Positions 1 through 8,595 of a DNA stretch of 64,000 nt are shown one piece after another. The stretch is from positions 50,357-114,356 of the forward strand of contig JAITVV010000073.1 in the NCBI GenBank assembly GCA_031285625.1, given 5' to 3'. This stretch comes from Prevotella sp. (GTDB lineage: Bacteria; Bacteroidota; Bacteroidia; Bacteroidales; Dysgonomonadaceae). Position numbers and translations under genes: made by a program. How positions within the stretch are numbered: position 1 is the stretch's first letter; each line of letters starts with the position of its first letter. The notes beneath the pieces were generated by a model that saw only the letters and a list, made by a program, of their open reading frames with translations, had not been told where the DNA came from and did no database searches.

Positions 1-1
1 A

Positions 2-676
2 AAGCTATTGAGGAAAGAGCATAATATTCAAAAGATTAGAGAACAGTTACGGATAAAATCTATGCAAATAGCCGAGAATGAATCAATTATTAATCAAAAC
101 GAGCAACTTATCCGTTCTTTGAATTCTCAGGTTGGCGAAAATGAAGACATCAGACAGGAGTTAGATACCCTATTAGCTGAGAACGAGAAAATAAAAGAAA
201 AAAACGGGTTGTTGCAATCAGATATTCAGTCATTTACTAATTCCATTACAGAAAAGGACAAAGAGCTAAATTTCTTTGAAGAATTGTCTTTACAAAATGC
301 CAGATTGATGGAACGTGATCAATTTCTGACAATACAACTTATTAAAAGAACTCCAATACTGAATGGTCTGGATAAAAATCCGAAGTATATAGAAGAGATA
401 CAATGGCACGAAATAATTCATACTGTAGATCAGTTGTTTGATGGCTTTTCTGTCCGTCTTCATATTGATTACCCAACACTTACAGAGGAGGATATACGCT
501 ATTGCTGTTTATTCAAACTGCGATTATCCAACTCAGTTATCTCGTCTCTGATGGGAATTTCTCCTTCCTCGGTGACAAAGCGTAAACAACGTATAAAAGA
601 AAAGATAAATCAACATTTACCGGATGACTTAACTATGGAAAAACCATTAGAAGTTTATCTCTGGAATTACAATTGA
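2..676 (+). CDS. C-terminal part of a coiled-coil + LuxR-like HTH regulator (Bacteroidota TPR/HTH type), 5'-truncated by the window
   Basis: Frame is open from the window start. A long coiled coil is followed by 'YPTLTEEDIRYCCLFKLRLSNSVISSLMGISPSSVTKRKQRIKEK', an HTH-type C-terminus. Confidence 0.7.
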   Translation, partial: KLLRKEHNIQKIREQLRIKSMQIAENESIINQNEQLIRSLNSQVGENEDIRQELDTLLAENEKIKEKNGLLQSDIQSFTNSITEKDKELNFFEELSLQNARLMERDQFLTIQLIKRTPILNGLDKNPKYIEEIQWHEIIHTVDQLFDGFSVRLHIDYPTLTEEDIRYCCLFKLRLSNSVISSLMGISPSSVTKRKQRIKEKINQHLPDDLTMEKPLEVYLWNYN

Positions 677-796
677 AATTAAATGTCCACATAAGAAGAA
701 GATAATAAATATAAACAATTAATAAACAAATATTTACAAAACAATATTGTCCACCTTTATCCATGTAAAAGAAACGCTTTGAGTGCTTGTATAGAC

Positions 797-804
797 TAAT
801 TTTG
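797..804 (+). promoter_or_regulatory. Bacteroidota sigma-A -7 element (TAATTTTG)
   Basis: Matches TAnnTTTG, 44 bp upstream of the ATG at 848. Confidence 0.5.
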
Positions 805-847
805 CTAATACAGATAAGCAAATATTATTCAATAAAACTATATAAGC

Positions 848-3160
848 ATGAAACAGTTTGAAACTATTTTATTTTTCTTTCTTATTATCTCTATTTATAT
901 AAATGGACAGAATGATATCTCAGGAAGAATTACAGAACAAAAGGGAAATCAACCTTTAGAATTTGCTACTATTGTACTGAATACACAAGATTCAACATTC
1001 GTTACAGGAACTACCTGCGACCAGAATGGTAAGTTTAAATTAAAAAACATTCCTTCAGGAAATTATAGCATTGTAGCTACTTTCTTAGGGTACATACCCA
1101 AAAAGGTTATGATAAACAGTCTATCGGGCTCTATCGATTTAGGGGATATCTCCCTAAATGAAGCAACAAACCTGCTGAATGAAGTTGCCGTTACGGCTTC
1201 TGCTACGACAAATAAGGTAGACAGGCTGGTGGTATTTGTCACAGACCAACAAAAAGCTCATTCCAGCGATGGCATAAATCTTCTGGCAACGATGCAACTT
1301 CCCCGTCTGTCGGTCAATTCACTGATGGGTAGCCTCTCTTTACCCGGCGAAGGAAAACTTCAACTTTGTATTAATGGAATAAAAGTAGATGAGAATGATA
1401 TTAAAGCTTTGAAACCGGACGAAGTTATCCGTATCGAATATATTGATAATCCCGGCGTTCGGTATGGAGATTCAGATGTGGTAATTAATTATATTCTGAA
1501 ACGTGCTGTTACGGGCGGGATGGTTGGAATTAACCTGATGAATGCCGTAACCTCCCTATTCGGTAATGAGCAGGTAACCTTCAAGATGAACCATAAGAAA
1601 TCTGAATTTGGTTTTATCTATACTGGCAGATTCAGAGAGATGGATAAGGTCTGGAATGACAAAATAAGCCACTTTAAATTTCAGGATAAAGGAGAATTAA
1701 TACGCTTTGATGATGGAGTCCCTGGAAAGTGGAAAGAGAATGCACATCATTTTACTTTAAACTATAATTTTCTGGATGAAAAGAATTACTTCAATGCTAC
1801 ATTCAGACATGGTATAACAGATATGGACAAAATGACTTATACTAATCAGCATACATCACTAGATCCTTCGAGGATCACATCAGTACATCAGGGTGCCAAT
1901 ACCTTACAGCATCTTCCTTCAATAGATTTATATTATTCGCATTCGTTTGGCAATAAACAAACCTTAATTCTGAATGGAGTAGGTACCTATATTAATTCCG
2001 ATATCAATCAGATATATGAAGAAACAAAAGATGGAAATTTAATTACAGATATCATATCTGATGTAGAAGGAAAGAAATATTCGATAATAGGTGAAGGTAT
2101 TTATGAAAAAACATTCGAAAATAATAATCGCTTTACGGCAGGGATAAAACATACACAAGCATTTGCTAACAACAGATATGAAGGTACTGTAAACAGCTTA
2201 TCCAAGATGGATCAGAGTGAGAGCTATGCATATATTGAATATACAGGAAGAAAGAATAAACTTAGCTATATGGGAGGTGTCGGTGTATCACGTTCATGGA
2301 CAAAACAGCAAGGAGAGAAATCCCACACAGATTATATATTCAGGCCCAAGATAACTCTTCAATATAACTTTAAACCTGAACTGTTCTTAAGATTAAAGGG
2401 TGAAATATACAATACCACCCCTTCATTAGCTAACCTCAGTGCAGTTGATCAGTATATCGATACCTTACGTGTTACAAGAGGAAATCCAAATCTCAAAACA
2501 ACGATGAATTATCGTGCAGGACTAACATTCAGCTGGGAGAAAAGCTTGTTTGGAATATACTATGATGCCTCATACCTATACACTCCGGACGCTATTATAG
2601 AAGAAATATTCAGGGAGGGAGATTTTTTCATTAATACCTATGATAATCAGGAAAGCTGGCAAAAACTGAATAATGAATTAACTCTAAAACTAAAACCGGT
2701 AAAAAACATGCTTATGTTGTCTCTAACAGGTGGTGTAAATCGCTATTGGAGCCGGGGGAACAACTACAATCATAATCATACCAATTATTATTACCGTGCA
2801 TCAATAACATTTATGTATAAAAAATTTATGGCATACTTCTCTGCAAACAATGCTTACAATAACCTGTGGGGAGAGACCCTTTCAGGCGGAGAAACCGTCC
2901 AACAATCAGGTATAATGTATAATCATGGAAAATTCGCAATAGGAGCCGGAATAATGTCTCCTTTTTCCGGAAAATACAAGCGTGAAACCGAAAACTTTAA
3001 TATTTATTCACCATATAAGTCCAATGCTTATATAAATAATCTTTCCCGTATGATAATGATAACATTCTCATGGAATTTCGATTTCGGACGTAAGGCTAAA
3101 AGTGGAAACAAACGAATTAATAATTCGGATAGTGATACGGGTATTATGCATATGAATTAG
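848..3160 (+). CDS. Outer-membrane beta-barrel protein, TonB-dependent-receptor-like, with N-terminal carboxypeptidase-regulatory-like domain
   Basis: Signal peptide, 'ISGRITEQKGNQPLEFATIVL...G.F.L.NIPSGNY', plug-like 'VIRIEYIDNPGVRY', 'GNPNLK', C-terminal 'ITFSWNF'. Confidence 0.8.
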   Translation: MKQFETILFFFLIISIYINGQNDISGRITEQKGNQPLEFATIVLNTQDSTFVTGTTCDQNGKFKLKNIPSGNYSIVATFLGYIPKKVMINSLSGSIDLGDISLNEATNLLNEVAVTASATTNKVDRLVVFVTDQQKAHSSDGINLLATMQLPRLSVNSLMGSLSLPGEGKLQLCINGIKVDENDIKALKPDEVIRIEYIDNPGVRYGDSDVVINYILKRAVTGGMVGINLMNAVTSLFGNEQVTFKMNHKKSEFGFIYTGRFREMDKVWNDKISHFKFQDKGELIRFDDGVPGKWKENAHHFTLNYNFLDEKNYFNATFRHGITDMDKMTYTNQHTSLDPSRITSVHQGANTLQHLPSIDLYYSHSFGNKQTLILNGVGTYINSDINQIYEETKDGNLITDIISDVEGKKYSIIGEGIYEKTFENNNRFTAGIKHTQAFANNRYEGTVNSLSKMDQSESYAYIEYTGRKNKLSYMGGVGVSRSWTKQQGEKSHTDYIFRPKITLQYNFKPELFLRLKGEIYNTTPSLANLSAVDQYIDTLRVTRGNPNLKTTMNYRAGLTFSWEKSLFGIYYDASYLYTPDAIIEEIFREGDFFINTYDNQESWQKLNNELTLKLKPVKNMLMLSLTGGVNRYWSRGNNYNHNHTNYYYRASITFMYKKFMAYFSANNAYNNLWGETLSGGETVQQSGIMYNHGKFAIGAGIMSPFSGKYKRETENFNIYSPYKSNAYINNLSRMIMITFSWNFDFGRKAKSGNKRINNSDSDTGIMHMN

Positions 3161-3167
3161 AATATCG

Positions 3168-3229
3168 GGACAAGTCAGGGATACTAAACAAGTTTCATGC
3201 GATTATATTTGATTATTCCCTGACTGTCC
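3168..3229. terminator. Long-loop inverted repeat downstream of the beta-barrel gene
   Basis: GGACAAGTCAGGGA ... TCCCTGACTGTCC begins just after the stop at 3160. Confidence 0.4.
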
Positions 3230-3378
3230 TTGATTATATAAATCCTCCAGTTGCTTATGAGATACCCAGATTTTTTTCAAAACGAAACTCTTAAATAAAA
3301 AATACCCTGATCATATAGATTTGGGACATTTTTATAAATCAACCATTCGTATAGTTGCGAACTATAAATATTAATCAT

Positions 3379-3465
3379 ATGTCAAAGAAAGAACTTACAG
3401 CTGAGCAGGAGCAACTAGCGCGCTTCGCCAAAGCATTAGGGCATCCTATTCGTATAAAGTATTAG
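3379..3465 (+). pseudogene. Truncated ArsR/SmtB-family regulator (N-terminal 28 codons only)
   Basis: Translates as MSKKELTAEQEQLARFAKALGHPIRIKY*. 'AKALGHP.R' is the ArsR helix-1 signature. The frame stops 5 bp from the convergent phosphatase stop. Confidence 0.75.
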
Positions 3466-3470
3466 GATAA

Positions 3471-4526
3471 TTAATACAAATATTTTTGTTTCATTTTTTG
3501 TATATCAACATATAGAACCTTCGTTAGATAATTTTCTATTGAACCATGATCCTCTTTTATACGGTCTAAGCCAGCTTGTAAAAATTCAGTTTTCACTTCA
3601 AATAAAGACTTTAACGCAGGGCTTTCATCCTTACACTTAGCATATTTATCAGCCAGATAAATATTAGATAATAGATAATCGTTCAATATTGTTCTTTCAT
3701 CAACGCCCAGAGCTGATAAAATAAGAGCAGCGGCCATACCGGTCCTGTCTTTTCCGGCAGAACAATGAAACATTAAAGGCGTATCCGTATCATTTTGTAA
3801 TAATTGAAAGAGATTTCTATATTGCTGGACACAAGCAGAATCTGTAACCAAAAGTATATTCATTCCTATCATAAGAGTATCTGCTTGATTTGCTGTAAGC
3901 TTAGCCAGATCATCCAGAGAAGATGCTGCTGCCATCAGATTGCCGGGACTAATGGAATAAGAATAATTTGTTTTTACTGATGATGGATTTTTATCCGGAG
4001 CCTGGCTCATCTCTTCTTTAGATCTGAAATCAACTATAGATATTAAAGGTATGGAAGCGAGGTAATCAAGATCAGCTTCTGTAAGATTATGTAAATCATC
4101 AGAACGGAATATCTTTCCCCATTTTACATATTTGTTATCCGATGTCTTATAGCCACCTAAATCTCTAAAGTTATAACCGCCTGTCATAGGCAAATGCTGT
4201 TCGGATAGTATGGCAGTACCTCTTTGTGACACCAATTCGAAGTAACTCCTTACAGAATCGGATATATCTAAAGGGAAAGTACCGGGTTCAGAGCCTGAAG
4301 CAATTGGCCTTGAGAAATCAATGTTATCAACAGAGGAGCCTTCGTAAAGCGCCCACTCTCCTTTTATTTGAATTTGTAAAGAAGCAACCTTACTTGTCTT
4401 ATCTCTTATAATTTTAGCGTCTTTTGATATATCTTCTCCAGTATACCCCGCTTTTAAATTACTTTGTTTTCCACACGATACCAGAAATACAGTTGCTACA
4501 GTCATATATATAAATATTTTATTCAT
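3471..4526 (-). CDS. Lipoprotein tyrosine-protein phosphatase (PtpB/LipA-like, Y_phosphatase3)
   Basis: Lipobox LVSC, 'NFRDLGGY', P-loop HCSAGKDRTG, 'DYLLSN'. Confidence 0.9.
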   Translation of the reverse strand: MNKIFIYMTVATVFLVSCGKQSNLKAGYTGEDISKDAKIIRDKTSKVASLQIQIKGEWALYEGSSVDNIDFSRPIASGSEPGTFPLDISDSVRSYFELVSQRGTAILSEQHLPMTGGYNFRDLGGYKTSDNKYVKWGKIFRSDDLHNLTEADLDYLASIPLISIVDFRSKEEMSQAPDKNPSSVKTNYSYSISPGNLMAAASSLDDLAKLTANQADTLMIGMNILLVTDSACVQQYRNLFQLLQNDTDTPLMFHCSAGKDRTGMAAALILSALGVDERTILNDYLLSNIYLADKYAKCKDESPALKSLFEVKTEFLQAGLDRIKEDHGSIENYLTKVLYVDIQKMKQKYLY

Positions 4527-4745
4527 CTTATCTTCGGTCTAATAATCTTCGCAAGTTAGTTAAAAAATAAGTATCTGGGAATAAGAAAAAATTAATTAAA
4601 CATAAGAAATCCTTTTATCTATAAGAAACAAATAAAATAAGACACCTCTCATCCAATGTAATGGAATGTTAAAAATCCATTCGGAATTAAACCCCCAATC
4701 AATATTTCTATCTAAGAATTATAAAACGTTTAAAACATAGAGGTT

Positions 4746-5540
4746 ATGAAAAGATTATTATTATCATTAGCAATATTAGCATGTATATCCTTTACAGCAT
4801 CAATAAATGCGCAAGAAGGTAGAAGAGGAGGCAAGCGAGGCTTTACCCTACCCCAAGAGTTGAATTTGACTGCAGACCAACAACAGAAGGTAGAATCTGT
4901 AAATACCGATTTCAAAGCAAAGATGACTGAATTGAGAAGTAAATCAGATCTTTCAAGAGAAGACAGACGTTCTAAAATGAAAGAATTAAGAAAAGAGCAC
5001 CGTGACGCCATTAACAATATACTTACTCCCGAACAGCAAACTAAGCTAAAGGAGTTGCAAAGCCAAAGGGAAAAAGAAATGAGTATGCGTAATAAGAAAC
5101 ATGGCAAACAAATGAATAAACAAGGCAACTCTATGAAGGATCTTAACCTTACAGATAAACAAAAACAGGAAATAAAGACTATAAATGAAGACTATAGAGC
5201 TAAAACCAAAGAGCTTGCACAAAAACACCGAGAAACATTAAACAGCATCTATACTCCGGAACAACAGGCAAAATTGAAAGATATGCGGAAAGACAATACA
5301 AACCGTAGATTCGCCAATAATGAACGAAGAATAAAACTTGATGATGCCAGTGCTGCTAAATTGAAATCACTTAAAGAAAATTATGATAAAGAAAAAAAAG
5401 CTATTGAATTAAGTCGCATAGCTCCGGATGCACAAAAACAGAAGTTATCTGATTTGCGGGAGAACTTCAGAAAGGAAAAACACCAGATAATGAATGAAGC
5501 ACGCAAAACAAATAAAACAAAAGAAAATAAACCGGCTTAA
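4746..5540 (+). CDS. Secreted Spy/CpxP-like (LTXXQ-repeat) helical protein
   Basis: Signal peptide and repeated LTADQ / LTPEQ / LTDKQ / YTPEQ motifs in a lysine-rich helical sequence. Confidence 0.7.
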   Translation: MKRLLLSLAILACISFTASINAQEGRRGGKRGFTLPQELNLTADQQQKVESVNTDFKAKMTELRSKSDLSREDRRSKMKELRKEHRDAINNILTPEQQTKLKELQSQREKEMSMRNKKHGKQMNKQGNSMKDLNLTDKQKQEIKTINEDYRAKTKELAQKHRETLNSIYTPEQQAKLKDMRKDNTNRRFANNERRIKLDDASAAKLKSLKENYDKEKKAIELSRIAPDAQKQKLSDLRENFRKEKHQIMNEARKTNKTKENKPA

Positions 5541-5562
5541 CACGTCTACATAAATTTCGGTG

Positions 5563-5599
5563 AAGGACTATCAAAATACTTTGATAGTCTTTCTTTTTT
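5563..5599 (+). terminator. Rho-independent terminator
   Basis: GACTATCAAA-ATAC-TTTGATAGTC followed by TTTCTTTTTT. Confidence 0.7.
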
Positions 5600-5663
5600 A
5601 CAAGACCCGTTCCATCATTTTTTGCTACTTTTGTACTTTTCAACCAATTATTATAATCGTCAG

Positions 5664-8552
5664 ATGATTCCTTTCCTGCAGAATGTAGCCCAGGCATACT
5701 ATAAAGCTTACGGACAAAAGATAAGCCGCTATACCTTTGTATTCCCTAACCGCAGGGCGGGACTATTCTTCCAATATTATATATCACAAATAGCAGGGAA
5801 ACCTATTTTCTCGCCTGAGATATTAACGATAAGTGACCTTTTCCAAAATCTTAGTGTATATAAAAAGGCAGACAGGATAGAGATGCTTTTTATGTTATAT
5901 GATATCTATAAGCAGATAAGCGGGTCTGCCGAGACATTTGACGAATTCCTCTATTGGGGAGAAATGCTACTCAACGATTTTGACGATGTAGATAAATATA
6001 TAGTTGATGCGCAGCAGCTTTTTCGTAATATACATGACCTGAAAGAAATTGATGCAGGCTTTGATTATTTAAGTGAAAGTCAGATAGAAGCAATTCGTCG
6101 CTTCTGGTCTAACTTTCTGCCAGTAGGAGAAAACGATAAGAAGAAAGACTTTCTGGAAATGTGGGAAGTCCTTTTCCAGCTATATACACAACTACACAAA
6201 CAGTTACAAAAAAAAGGTCTGGCATATGAAGGTATGATCTTCCGTGATGTCATAGAAAGAGTTTCAAAAGATATAGACTATGATCTACCCTTTGAGAAAA
6301 TTGTCTTTATAGGACTAAACGGACATAGTAAATCTGAAGAAACACTCCTTCGCTATCTGCAAAAAAGAGGAATAGCTGATTTTTACTGGGACTATTCATC
6401 TCCATTAGTACGTGATCCCCAAAATAAAGCATCATTCTTTATGGATAGAAACAAGATGCTCTTCCCATCACAATTGACATTGCAGGCAGAGGAACTAAAT
6501 ATGGAACTTCCAATAGTAGAGGCAATTGGGATACCATCTGCTATAGGGCAGGCAAAATATGTACATACAATCATAAAATCATTACTAAAGGATAAACACA
6601 TCACTCCCGATAAGGCTATGAGTACGGCATTGGTCTTACCCGACGAAAATCTATTGTTACCGACATTATATTCTATCCCTGAAGAAATTAATAAGATCAA
6701 TATAACAATGGGATATAATTTAAATAATAGTTCCATCTCAGGATTGATGGAACATATATTTGAATTACAGCGAAGTATACGTAAATCTGAGAATTATTTC
6801 GGATTCTATTATAAACCTGTATTAGCTATACTCAACCACAGATATATAACTAATATAGCTCATGATGAAGCTAAGCAGTTAAGACAAGATATTCTTCAAT
6901 ATAATAAAGTCATAGTATCGGCTAATGATTTACAAACCCATCCCCTACTCTACCTTATATTCAAATCATTAACAGGCTGGACAGATATTCCTGATTATCT
7001 GAGAAAAATACTGTCAACTTTAAAAATCTCATTATCAGTAAAAGGAAGTGAAGATAAAGATAATGAGGATATAAATGCCCGATCGATAGATATAGAGGGG
7101 GAATTCATTGTGGAGTACTACAAGACTGTAAATAAAATGGATGAAGCATTAAAAAATGTTTCTCCCGAAATGTCTATAGAAACATATTTCAAGTTATTGA
7201 AAAAGCTCATAGTGGGGATAAGCGTTCCGTTTACAGGCGAACCCCTTTCGGGCCTGCAAATAATGGGGGTACTCGAAACCCGTGCTCTTGACTTCGACAA
7301 TCTGATTATCCTTTCTATGAATGAGGGAATATTCCCGCTAAAGAAGGCAGCCAGTTCGTTCATCCCTTATAATTTGCGTAAAGGCTTTGATCTCCCGACA
7401 TATGAACATCAGGATAGTATTTTTGCTTACCATTTCTACCGGATGATAAACCGTGCAAAACATATCTATCTACTCTATGACACACGTACTGAAGGCTTGC
7501 AAACAGGGGAGGTTAGTCGCTATTTCAGTCAGTTGAAACACCTGTATAACAATTCATTTGATATTCGGGAAAAACTGACTACATATAAAGTTTCAGCGAC
7601 GAAAAGTGTTGATATCTCGGTTAGGAAAACCCCACAGATAATGGAAAAGATGAATGTATTCCTGCAAGGTGGCGACAAGCGATTATCAGCCAGTGCAATC
7701 AATACATATCTGAATTGTCCCCTGCAATTCTATTTCTCAGTAGTAGAGAATATGGCTGAAGAAGATGAAATAGCGGAAACGGTAGAAGCCAGTATGTTCG
7801 GTACGATTTTCCACTCTATAATGGAATGGCTGTATGAACCCTTCAAAGGGAAAATGATAACAGCAGACTTGTTGCATAAGTTAAGAGCGGATGATAATCT
7901 TTTAACCGAAAAGATAGAACGGTCATTTGCCGAGAATTATTTTCAAAGTGAAAAGATCAGGAAGCTGACAGGACAAAACTTCCTGACAGGAGAAGTACTG
8001 CGTAAATATATAAAACAAGTATTAACCACGGATGCAAAGCTAACACCATTTATATACCTGGACTCCGAAGAGAGAATAAAAGTAGACTATCCACTCCCTT
8101 CCGGAAAAGTAGTATCACTTAAAGGTATTATTGACCGTGTGGACGAAGTAAAAGGACATACACGCATTATAGACTATAAGACAGGAAAAGGTATATTGCG
8201 GTACAGGGAGATGAAGGATTTGTTTGATAAAGAACTCAAAGACAGACCTAAAGCTGTTATGCAGGTATTTATGTACTCACACCTTTATCTGATAGAATAC
8301 CCCGATAATATACTTGAACCAGGCATATACTATCTGCGTAACCTATTCGATCCGAAATTTGAACCGGGAGTTATTCATAAATCAGGAAGAAGTGAATACC
8401 CAATAAAGGATTTCGCCGAATACAGAACCGAATTTAAAGAGAATTTCGATTCATGCCTTGAGGAAATATTCGACCCTAATGTACCTTTCTCCCAAACTCC
8501 AACAGGAGAAGCATGCAGATGGTGCATATTTACCAATATATGTAAGAAATAA
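5664..8552 (+). CDS. PD-(D/E)XK nuclease family protein, AddB-like (degenerate helicase N-terminus, Fe-S nuclease C-terminus)
   Basis: 'VFPNRRAG', 'QIMGVLETRALDF', 'LSASAINTYLNCP', 'KGIIDRVD..IIDYKTG', C-terminal 'CRWCIFTNIC'. ATG at 5664 is preferred over TTG at 5622. Confidence 0.85.
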   Translation: MIPFLQNVAQAYYKAYGQKISRYTFVFPNRRAGLFFQYYISQIAGKPIFSPEILTISDLFQNLSVYKKADRIEMLFMLYDIYKQISGSAETFDEFLYWGEMLLNDFDDVDKYIVDAQQLFRNIHDLKEIDAGFDYLSESQIEAIRRFWSNFLPVGENDKKKDFLEMWEVLFQLYTQLHKQLQKKGLAYEGMIFRDVIERVSKDIDYDLPFEKIVFIGLNGHSKSEETLLRYLQKRGIADFYWDYSSPLVRDPQNKASFFMDRNKMLFPSQLTLQAEELNMELPIVEAIGIPSAIGQAKYVHTIIKSLLKDKHITPDKAMSTALVLPDENLLLPTLYSIPEEINKINITMGYNLNNSSISGLMEHIFELQRSIRKSENYFGFYYKPVLAILNHRYITNIAHDEAKQLRQDILQYNKVIVSANDLQTHPLLYLIFKSLTGWTDIPDYLRKILSTLKISLSVKGSEDKDNEDINARSIDIEGEFIVEYYKTVNKMDEALKNVSPEMSIETYFKLLKKLIVGISVPFTGEPLSGLQIMGVLETRALDFDNLIILSMNEGIFPLKKAASSFIPYNLRKGFDLPTYEHQDSIFAYHFYRMINRAKHIYLLYDTRTEGLQTGEVSRYFSQLKHLYNNSFDIREKLTTYKVSATKSVDISVRKTPQIMEKMNVFLQGGDKRLSASAINTYLNCPLQFYFSVVENMAEEDEIAETVEASMFGTIFHSIMEWLYEPFKGKMITADLLHKLRADDNLLTEKIERSFAENYFQSEKIRKLTGQNFLTGEVLRKYIKQVLTTDAKLTPFIYLDSEERIKVDYPLPSGKVVSLKGIIDRVDEVKGHTRIIDYKTGKGILRYREMKDLFDKELKDRPKAVMQVFMYSHLYLIEYPDNILEPGIYYLRNLFDPKFEPGVIHKSGRSEYPIKDFAEYRTEFKENFDSCLEEIFDPNVPFSQTPTGEACRWCIFTNICKK

Positions 8553-8576
8553 AAGCCATTGAAAATCAATGGCTTT
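8552..8576. terminator. Bidirectional terminator between convergent genes
   Basis: AAAGCCATTGA-AAA-TCAATGGCTTT is a perfect hairpin. Confidence 0.75.
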
Positions 8577-8595
8577 ATATACATTAACTATCAGG

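Noticed and set aside
683-765. DnaA boxes / replication origin
   Set aside because: Only mismatched TTATCCACA-like words, too few, and no origin-type gene context.
4730-5128. 132 aa minus-strand ORF and the many other 60-180 aa ORFs nested in larger genes (e.g. 21593..22138, 52902..53384)
   Set aside because: They are antisense or off-frame shadows of well-supported genes, with no recognisable motifs.
7680-8552. Cas4-like nuclease implying a CRISPR system
   Set aside because: The domain is the C-terminus of a ~960 aa AddB-like protein, and no cas1/cas2 or array is present.
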